NCBI GenBank assembly: GCA_004431415.1
Contig: QPMI01000459.1
Location: 62,001-126,000, forward strand
DNA length: 64,000 nucleotides
Direction: 5' to 3'
Source: Cyanophora paradoxa CCMP329
Lineage: Eukaryota; Plantae; Glaucophyta
In this document: one piece after another, positions 49,016 to 58,523 of the stretch
Position numbering within the stretch: position 1 is the stretch's first letter
Layout of the letters: each line of letters opens with the position of its first letter
Notes under the pieces: generated by a model
What the model saw: only the letters and a program-made list of their open reading frames with translations
What the model was told of the DNA's origin: nothing
Database searches by the model: none
Program-made: the position numbers and the translations under genes

Positions 49016-51266
49016 TTACGCCTTCGACGTCGCGATCGAGGCCGCGACCTCGCCCCCGATCTCGTGGGCGCGGAGGGCGGCGCGCAGGACGGCGTGCTCG
49101 TCCGGCGGCCGCGGCATGTTCGCCGCCGTCGTCCCCGGGCCGGCGGCGCGGCGGCAGGCCCCCAGGAGCCCCGCCTCGTCCCCGGGGTCCACGCCCAGGG
49201 CGTCCAGGGTGACGGGGAGCCCTACGGCGGCGCAGAAGAGGGCGGCGCGGCGCGCCTCGGCCTCGTCGCCCTCCAGGCAGAGCTGCGCCAGCGTGCAGAA
49301 GGCGACGGTCTCCCCGTGCAGGCTGCCCCGCGTCTCCGGCAGCCTGCGGGAAGGAAAGACAACCTTAGAGCGTTATAAAAAGATTAGTCAGTTATCCAGT
49401 TAGCGGGGCTCGCCAGGTGAGGCCGTTGTGGAGGGCGTGGGCGAGGGCGAGGCCGCCGCTCTCGAAGCCGAGGCCGCTCAGGAGCACGTTCGCCTCCACG
49501 ACCCGCTCCACCGCCTCCGTCACTGTGCGTGTGGATGTTACATGTCAGCGTTTAGCTCTTGGGCCGGCCTCGGGAAGGAAAGGGAATTAAAACACAGGGA
49601 GCAAGCGCGAAAAGGGGGCCGTGCTGCCGAGGAAGCCCGCTTTAAATTGTCAGCGTTTAAGGTTCGGAATGGGCCGGCCTCAGAAAGGAAATTTGAAGGA
49701 AAAGCAGAGGGGGCGATGGGGCGCGCCCTGCTTGCGCTCGACGTCGGCCGCGGCCTGCTCGCCGTGTTCGTAGAGAATGTCCCTGGATCGAATTAAAAGT
49801 CTGATTAGTTCGAACTCAAGCTTCGGGATCGATCGCCGATTCGGACCGGCAGAGGGCGGAGAGGGCGACGGCGCTCGCCGTCGGGCGCCCGCCGACCTCG
49901 CTCCGCGCGTGCGGCGCCCGCCGGCTGCGCAAACACCAGATCGAACATCAAACGTTAAAATTACCATCAGTCATACAGAGAGAGAGAGAGCGCTTCGAAT
50001 TCGCGCGCTGACGCACCAGGCGTCGGCCTCTGCGCGGGCATCGATGCCGACCGGAACAAGAGTGAGCGGTTCGAATTCGCGACGCAGAGAGCGGCAGCCC
50101 GGCCCGGCGCGCGCGCGGTCAAAGCTAGTAAAACGGTCACCGTAGAAGGTCGCCATCGCGTCGCCCATGCCGGCCACAAGAAACCGCCGCGGTGCCTCCG
50201 CGATCACCTGCGCATTAATTTCGAATTTCAAATTTTAGAAAATTTGAATTAGCTAGGTTCTCAACATTTTCGCGAGCGGGGGGGGGGCTTTAATTTTAAT
50301 TTCCCCGGGCTTCCGTTTTCGCACCTCCGTGTCGACAAGCACCAGGTGCGGGTTGTTGCGAAAGTGGAGAACCTGCGCGCTTTCACTTGCCTCAGAGCGC
50401 GACTGCAAATCTATATTGAGTATACTTGTATCCGTGTGCACTCGCCTCTTGGAAGCTGCCATCGGGGTGATACATGCCGGACAGCGCGGAGCACGGGGCG
50501 TCATTCCTGATCGCTTCTGTTAGCTACAGCGGCGCCGACCGGCAGCGAGCGTTTAACGGTAACGCTAACACTTGTAATAAGAAATTTGCAATTGTATAGA
50601 GTACTGTTCCATGATATATTTTCGCGCACGCGGCGAGCGTGGGCGCGATCACGCAGGGAACGTCAAGGGCGCTGGCGACGGCCTTGCCCGAATCCAGGCA
50701 TTTCCCTCCACCGACCGCCATCACTGCGCCCGCAAAGCTTCAATCAGCTCCGGCAATTTAAATTTATAGCATGACTGCTGCTGCGCGAAATTTACGGTAA
50801 TCGACGGGCTCGCGACGAAAGAACTCAGAAACCATATTGACCTCTTCCCAGCTGCGAGAAAGATCGAAAGAGACCAGGCGCGGAAATCGCGCTGCATTTT
50901 AAGCGGCCACCTGCACTCGCCGCCGAAGTCCACGACGACAGCCCGCGCGCCCGCCTCCTTTAGGGACCGAACGATCCGCGCCTCGTAGGCTGAGCGCAGC
51001 GCTGGGACGATCAGCACGCCCGCGGCTGCCGAGGCATGCGCATCGGCGCTCCGCCGACAGGTGAGGGGGCGCAGGAAGCAAGCCATACTGCCGAGGAGGC
51101 CCGCTTTCATAACGAACTTGCCGGGGCTGCTGAAGATCGCGGCCCCCGACGGCCCATACGCTGACTTCGGATCGAATCGCTGCGCAAGCTGCTGCGCATG
51201 CGCATGCGACTTTTCAAGGTCGCTGGCAGGCGCAGAGGCCATGCTTCTCGGTACGTGCGAGGCCAT
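49016..51266 (-). CDS. gldA: Glycerol dehydrogenase (bacterial-type, family III metal-dependent alcohol dehydrogenase), intron-rich
   Basis: [120 protein letters not shown]. Confidence 0.9.
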
Positions 51267-52005
51267 GCCTGAGCTCGGATTGCGATCGGGGTTTGAGCTC
51301 GCCGGATCGAACGAGCTCGATCGAGCAGGAAATTGAAAATTGGACTTTTTCAAGTTTCTCCGAAATTCTCGAGCTCCTGCGTGCCTAAATTTTCTCCTCT
51401 CGATCGCGAGCCCTAGCTATCTATAGGCCTGGCCTAAATTGTCTCCTCTCGAGCTCTCATGATCAGTCTATACTGTACGCAGTGCGAGCTCGATCCACTT
51501 TGCTACGCAGTGCGAGCTCTACGTATACTATGCGGGGATGCTTCGCGCCGCCGCCCGCCTGCACGCCCGCGGGGCTGCAATCATGATCGCGAGCGATGCC
51601 GCGGCCGTCTCATCGGCAATCGCGAAATCGAAATTCACAGCAGCGACTCGAGCTCCGGCCATCGATCGTGGCGGCGCGAGCTCATGCGGATGCAGGAGGA
51701 TTTCGCGGCTCCCGCACCCTCGCGATCGGCGCCGGCGCCGGCCGCAATGAGGAGGATCGGGGCTCCGGGCGCGGGGCGCCCCCGCCCCGCCTCGAATTCC
51801 GTCTGGTTCCATCGCTGGCCCTCGGCATCGGGGCTGCGGCGTGCACCTTCGCGGCTGCGGAGGACGCTGAGGCGCTTAAGCCTAGTAAGGAGGAGCCAGC
51901 GCTGGCGCCGGGCCCCGGCCCGTACGCGTGCACGTGGAGCTCGGCGTGCTAGTAAGCTCAGCCTACCAAGCTGGCCGAATATTAATTATGCTTTATATAA
52001 GTATT

Positions 52006-52084
52006 ATTTTGAGAGACTACGTACGGTGGGGCGAATTTAAACCCCCCGCGGTCCCCCCACGGGCCGTATACGTAGGTGGTGATT
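52006..52084 (-). mobile_element. Decayed relative of the 4826-4908 retroposon
   Basis: TTTTGAGAGACTAC[GTAC]GGTGGGGCGAA[TTTAAA]CCCCCCG...TAGGTGGTGAT aligns with 4830-4872. Confidence 0.75.
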
Positions 52085-52086
52085 CC

Positions 52087-53284
52087 ATGGCCATGAACCG
52101 CGACCTGCGCGCCCGCTTCCCCAACGCGCAAGGCTGCCTCGCCGCCGTTGAAGTCGACCTCGGCAACCCGAACCGCAAGCTCAAAGTACGCCTTATGTAA
52201 ACTGTGCAATTGAGCGAAGTCTCAAAACGCGAGCCCGGGCCGGGACGTAGGTCCGCATCTGTCAGGACCTCTCGGTTGCGAGCCGTCAGGCGGTGTACGC
52301 CGGCCTCACCCCGGAGCAGCAAGCCGAGGGCCTCTCCTACCGCATCTTCTGCGGCATCCAGGGCGTCTACACGGACGACGCGCTCACCGCCATGTGCCAG
52401 GTCAGCCCCGGGCCCACCCGGGCCCCAGTGGGGGCCCATAAAAGGAACTTAAAAGATAACGCCACCCCGCGCGCGAGCGCTGGACTAAACCTCTGCCCCC
52501 GCAGGCGGTTTGGCTCGAGCCCGAGCTCTTCGACGGCAAGATCAAGGTCGTGAACCTCACGGCCCTGCAGCCCCACAAGTACAAGCGTGACGGCGACAAC
52601 ATCGCCATCGTCGGCAAGGAAGTGAAGCCCGTGCTCGACGCGGACGACTCCGAGGACGAGGACCAGGAGGTCCGTACCCCCCCTCGCCCCCGAGGGACCC
52701 TGTACCCCCCCTGACAGAAGGCCCACCCGACAGTCGCTCTACCCCGACTCGCTGGCCCTGGCGGCCTCCGAGACCAGCGCGAAGGTCGTCACGGAGCACC
52801 GCATCCACTACCCCAACGGGGTGGGCGGCCGCGCCTCGTACCGCCCCGGCCACTCCACCACGGCCCGCCGGCTCAACCGCCTCAGCGCCCTCAATGAGGG
52901 CAAGACTAACGAGGAGGCAGCCAAGATCGCGGCGGAGATCGCCGCCAAGTCTCGCAAGCGCGCGGCCGCGCACTTCGGGCCCGACGCGCGCAAGAAGAAT
53001 AAGGGCGGCGCCGCTGCCCCCGCCGCCCCGGTTGCCCCCGCGCCCCACCCCGCCGCCGCCGCCGCCGCGGCGGCCGCCGCCGCCGCCCCGCGCCGATCGC
53101 CGCCCCCGCGCCCGCCCCGGGCCCGGCCCCGCCCCGGCCCGCCCCGGCCAACATCACGCTCGCCAACTACCAGGCCACCCAGAAGCTCCTCACCGAGCTC
53201 ACGGCGGCCATCGGCGGCCCCGCCGCCGTAGAGGCCTACCTCGCCGGCCGCCGCGCCGCGGCGGCGGACAACGCAGCGGCGTAG
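52087..53284 (+). CDS. Unknown protein encoded by the retroposon (4 exons; possibly 5'-truncated)
   Basis: Exons 52087-52185, 52290-52400, 52505-52669 and 52734-~53284, joined in frame by phase-0 GT-AG introns. A probable indel lies in the GC tract before ANITLANYQATQKLLTEL...*; without it the stop is at 53231. Confidence 0.7.
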
Positions 53285-53745
53285 ACTCTCTAGGACCCTC
53301 CTAGAGTTGGGGCCTCCGGCCACCCCCTTTCTCTCTTTCTTTTCTCTTAGTCAATCTCTCTTTCCAGAGCGGCCATGAGGCCTCGCTACACCTAAGGGCG
53401 CGACACTTAGCTGTCATGTATGCTTGATGAAGCAATGCCAAGGCGCGCGCCCAAGACCCCCGACCAAGCCACCCCCGCCACTCGCCCCGCATCTTAGCTC
53501 CGGCCCCGCAGGGCCCCCACCTAGCCCGTGCTCACCCCTCTCTTGCGTACCTAGCCCCATCCCGGCCACCCGGGACACCCGCCCCGCGCCCCGCATGCCG
53601 AAAGATAGGGGGATGTGCAACCGCCCTAGGCCTGTACTACCCCCCCACCCCACCCCACCCCCCCACCCCCCCTAACAGACTACGCCCCGCCGACGCGAGC
53701 CCACGACGGACACCCCGCCAAGCTCCCCCCCCCCCCCCAACACTG

Positions 53746-53897
53746 AACGCTTCTAGTTAGCGTCGAAGCGCCTATCCCTGTGTGCCGGCCACAGGTTATG
53801 AGCTGACCCAGAGTTCGGCCTAGTCCGAACCGGTAGTGCATACGATGAAGTCAGTGGTCTGAGAATAAAACAAACGCCCAAGAATTGGGCTATCCTG
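53746..53897 (+). ncRNA. Conserved structured 3' RNA module of the retroposon family (minus-strand homolog 20054-20204)
   Basis: Stems ACGCT/AGCGT, CCTGTG/CACAGG, GTTCGG/CCGAAC and a terminal GCCC/GGGC, retained in both copies. Confidence 0.6.
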
Positions 53898-54012
53898 AAA
53901 AAAAACGTAGGTGGTGATTTATAGGGTAGCTATAGGTACTATAAAACCGTATACGTATTCGTACTATACTATGATATATACCGTAATAAACAATATCATG
54001 ACAGGCAAATTT

Positions 54013-57000
54013 ATTTTCAGGCTTGTAGGGCGGTAAATTGGGGGGATACCGCGGTCAGCACCGCCCGATCGCGAAGAAGGAGCGGAAGCAGACAGGTAAG
54101 CGGAACAACAAGACGACGTGGAGGCTGAGGCGAAACAGGACGATGCGAAAGGGCAGAACTACGACACGAGCGCGAGGAGGACACAGAAGACGGATCAGGC
54201 GGATCAAGAGCAGGCAAAAGGACAGTCAAAGGAATCACTAAAGCCGGCCGTGGTCGAGGCGGGCAGTCGAACTGCAAACGACGGCGAACGACAGGCCGAA
54301 GACGAGGACTAGCGCTGTAATTAATTCTAGCTGTAGCATCGACACTACGATCAGGATCCGAACCAGACCGAAGTAAACTACAAGACAGACTCTGAGAGAA
54401 CGCCGGCGCGGCGGGATATATATACGACGGGCGAAGCACAGCGGCAGACGACAAAGCCAGAGGCTGCGGCTCCGTACCAGAACAAGCTTACGGGACGGAG
54501 GGCCTGGTCCAGCAAACCGACGGAGCCTCGGAGGATCCAGAAGGAGACGCAGGCTCGGCAAGCCGGTGACGGGTGCGACCACGAGTCCGGGAAGAGATCG
54601 GGGAAGAGGTCCCGGAGCTAAGGGCCCGAAAGCAGAGGCAGAAGGCAAGCCCGGCGAGAAATCAGACCCGGAACCGGAACCCAGCGAACGGCGACGACGT
54701 CGACGAAGAGGCCCCCGGGGGGGCATGGCCAATTGCAAGACGGGGGATCCGGAGCTACCGAGCAAAGAAAGCACTGACAACCGGCGTCGAGCACGGCGGA
54801 GGAAGTACCTCGCGGTCGCGATCGTAGACAGCGGCAGACGGAGAGCTCGAGTCCAGGGTCGAGCTAGAAACCCGACGACGGGAACGCGACGGAGGCCTAG
54901 GCCTACGGGAAGGAAGAGGCGAGGTACCTCAATTGTCTACCTCAATAGTATGTAAAAGCAATGTTTTAATGTTGAATAAACGTTGCCCTGGCGGGCCTGG
55001 CCTAGGAGGCTAGGCCTGAATGAGGCTGAATCAATTATCAATCAGTGCCGCGTCAACATCGAAGTTTCGCGCTGTGACTTCAGTGACGCAGCTGCGACTC
55101 CTGCGAGCGCCGAGCGCTCGAGCCTCGACCGGGGTGACGCCGCCGTCACGCCAGGGACCCGACTCGGCGGGGATCGGAGTACTGCTGGCCCTATATTACT
55201 AGTACTGTAGAACTAGTTAATTTAGTACAGGAAAATAATTAGTACTTCGCGAAAACTGCCACTTTAGCAGCTAGTAAATCTTAGTAGGTCAGTCTGCGCA
55301 GGGCTTTTGTATGGCGGAGACGGGACTACCCCTACAAATTCTCGCCTTTCGCAGGCGGGAAATATTTAGTAGATCGCCCAACTTGGCGCGGGCCAAAAAC
55401 TTTTAGTACTATAAATATGCAGCCCACTAAATATTTCTTTAGCTTGCAATTGGCCGGGAATTTGGCCCTCAAGTAGGGCACTGGCGGGCGGCCAACTTGG
55501 CAAGCCAGCTAGCTAGCCGGCCAATTTGGGCGGGGGGCGCCTGCAGCTGCAGGCTGCAGCGCTAGCTGGGCTAGCTACAGGCGACCAAAATCCCGGCTAG
55601 TGCTTTTCGACGGCTGGCAAGCCAACTGCCCATGGCCAAGCTGAAAGCCAGACCCAAAGCCCCCCTTTTTCTTCCCGTGGAAGGGGTACTCAAAGAGGCA
55701 GATTTGATAAAGCGCTAGCTCAATCTTGAATATTAATGTAAAGCTCGAGCTTAATGTACGGCTTAAAAAGCCGTCCTGCAGTACTCGAGACCGGGCCAGC
55801 TAGTCTAGCTGGGCGGCCTGGCCATGCATATGGGCCCTGGGTCGGGGCCCTGGGGGCCTGGCCCACCTGGGGCCAGAGCCGCCAGTGCCCGCCACTGGCC
55901 CGCCAGACCCCTACCGCCGGGCCGCGCCGGCTACCGTAGACGACTTAAATACCGCGCCACATATTACCGCGTTCTAAAATTTCGGCGCCGGTATGCGCTT
56001 TACCGCGCTACCAAATTACCGCGTTCCATCGTCTTCGAAAATGTATTATTTGTTAGCAAAGGGGGTAATTTTGAGCGCGGTAATTTGGCAGCGCGGTATT
56101 TAAGTCAGCGCGGTATATAAGTCGTCTACGGTACCGGTACTAAGGTACGGCGGTACCCTCAAAGTTCCAACAGTTACCTTGTGGACCCGGGAGCTGAGGG
56201 AATTTGGGGGGGGGGGAACTGGGGGATACTATGATACCGGCTCGTTGCCAAAGTCGTTGGTCACGGTTGGTGGCAACTTGCAATTAAGTTGCAACTTGCC
56301 AAAAGTTGCGATTGCCGGCAAGTTGCGGCGGCAACTTGCCGGCAACGTCCCCAAATTGTATCGGCATGAAATTTTCAGGCTTGTAGGGCGGTAAATTGGG
56401 GGGATACCGCGGTCAGCACCGCCCGATCGCGAAGAAGGAGCGGAAGCAGACAGGTAAGCGGAACAACAAGACGACGTGGAGGCTGAGGCGAAACAGGACG
56501 ATGCGAAAGGGCAGAACTACGACACGAGCGCGAGGAGGACACAGAAGACGGATCAGGCGGATCAAGAGCAGGCAAAAGGACAGTCAAAGGAATCACTAAA
56601 GCCGGCCGTGGTCGAGGCGGGCAGTCGAACTGCAAACGACGGCGAACGACAGGCCGAAGACGAGGACTAGCGCTGTAATTAATTCTAGCTGTAGCATCGA
56701 CACTACGATCAGGATCCGAACCAGACCGAAGTAAACTACAAGACAGACTCTGAGAGAACGCCGGCGCCGGCGGGATATATATACGACGGGCGAAGCACAG
56801 CGGCAGACGACAAAGCCAGAGGCTGCGGCTCCGTACCAGAACAAGCTTACGGGACGGAGGGCCTGGTCCAGCAAACCGACGGAGCCTCGGAGGGATCCAG
56901 AAGGAGACGCAGGCTCGGCAAGCCGGTGACGGGTGCGACCACGAGTCCGGGAAGAGATCGGGGAAGAGGTCCCGGAGCTAAGGGCCCGAAAGCAGAGGCA

Positions 57001-58242
57001 GAAGGCAAGCCCGGCGAGAAATCAGACCCGGAACCGGAACCCAGCGAACGGCGACGACGTCGACGAAGAGGCCCCCGGGGGGGCATGGCCAATTGCAAGA
57101 CGGGGGATCCGGAGCTACCGAGCAAAGAAAGCACTGACAACCGGCGTCGAGCACGGCGGAGGAAGTACCTCGCGGTCGCGATCGTAGACAGCGGCAGACG
57201 GAGAGCTCGAGTCCAGGGTCGAGCTAGAAACCCGACGACGGGAACGCGACGGAGGCCTAGGCCTACGGGAAGGAAGAGGCGAGGTACCTCAATTGTCTAC
57301 CTCAATAGTATGTAAAAGCAATGTTTTAATGTTGAATAAACGTTGCCCTGGCGGGCCTGGCCTAGGAGGCTAGGCCTGAATGAGGCTGAATCAATTATCA
57401 ATCAGTGCCGCGTCAACATCGAAGTTTCGCGCTGTGACTTCAGTGACGCAGCTGCGACTCCTGCGAGCGCCGAGCGCTCGAGCCTCGACCGGGGTGACGC
57501 CGCCGTCACGCCAGGGACCCGACTCGGCGGGGATCGGAGTACTGCTGGCCCTATATTACTAGTACTGTAGAACTAGTTAATTTAGTACAGGAAAATAATT
57601 AGTACTTCGCGAAAACTGCCACTTTAGCAGCTAGTAAATCTTAGTAGGTCAGTCTGCGCAGGGCTTTTGTATGGCGGAGACGGGACTACCCCTACAAATT
57701 CTCGCCTTTCGCAGGCGGGAAATATTTAGTAGATCGCCCAACTTGGCGCGGGCCAAAAACTTTTAGTACTATAAATATGCAGCCCACTAAATATTTCTTT
57801 AGCTTGCAATTGGCCGGGAATTTGGCCCTCAAGTAGGGCACTGGCGGGCGGCCAACTTGGCAAGCCAGCTAGCTAGCCGGCCAATTTGGGCGGGGGGCGC
57901 CTGCAGCTGCAGGCTGCAGCGCTAGCTGGGCTAGCTACAGGCGACCAAAATCCCGGCTAGTGCTTTTCGACGGCTGGCAAGCCAACTGCCCATGGCCAAG
58001 CTGAAAGCCAGACCCAAAGCCCCCCTTTTTCTTCCCGTGGAAGGGGTACTCAAAGAGGCAGATTTGATAAAGCGCTAGCTCAATCTTGAATATTAATGTA
58101 AAGCTCGAGCTTAATGTACGGCTTAAAAAGCCGTCCTGCAGTACTCGAGACCGGGCCAGCTAGTCTAGCTGGGCGGCCTGGCCATGCATATGGGCCCTGG
58201 GTCGGGGCCCTGGGGGCCTGGCCCACCTGGGGCCAGAGCCGC
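54013..58242. repeat. Tandem duplication, 2358-bp period (54013-55882 = 56371-58242), second unit cut off by an LTR element
   Basis: Near-identical sequence; part of it is related to 38955-39090 on the opposite strand. Confidence 0.93.
55934..56131. mobile_element. Tc1/mariner-type MITE
   Basis: TIRs CCGTAGACGACTTAAATACCGCGC / GCGCGGTATATAAGTCGTCTACGG; TA TSDs. Confidence 0.88.
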
Positions 58243-58523
58243 TGTCGGATGGGAGGATTCCCACCCGATTGGGCACCGCGCAGTACTGCGCGGGGCCGGC
58301 TCCCTGTGCTGGAGCAGCTGTAGATGCAGGCTGGTGTATTCACTGTGTACCCGGAAGACTACTGACTCTGTACCCCTAAGACAGGTAGAGGCGGGCCAGC
58401 GTAGGCTACCGAGAGGTAAGCCTACAGGAAGAGAGACTATGCCAGGGCTCTCAGACTACGTCAGGCACCAACTAGCTCTAGTCACTAAGTCACCGCAAGG
58501 CCAGGGAATCGAGCCAGGCGACA
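58243..58523 (-). mobile_element. 3' LTR (281 bp) of an LTR retroelement
   Basis: TGTCG...CGACA termini; starts exactly where identity with the duplicate unit ends; directly abutted by a minus-strand polypurine tract GGAAGAGGAGT (58524-58534). Confidence 0.75.

Larger units (their letters stand above)
52085..53904 (+). mobile_element. 1820-bp poly(A) retroposon carrying an intron-containing gene
   Basis: 15-bp TSD ACGTAGGTGGTGATT at 52070-52084 and 53905-53919; A-tail 53898-53905; 3' module shared with 20048-20378. Confidence 0.9.

Noticed and set aside
51600-51950. First exon of a gene divergent from gldA
   Set aside because: Short, low-complexity and interrupted by insertions; cannot be supported.
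53740-53870. Hammerhead or HDV-like ribozyme in the shared 3' module
   Set aside because: No CTGANGA plus GAAA core and no HDV L3/P1.1 pattern on either strand.
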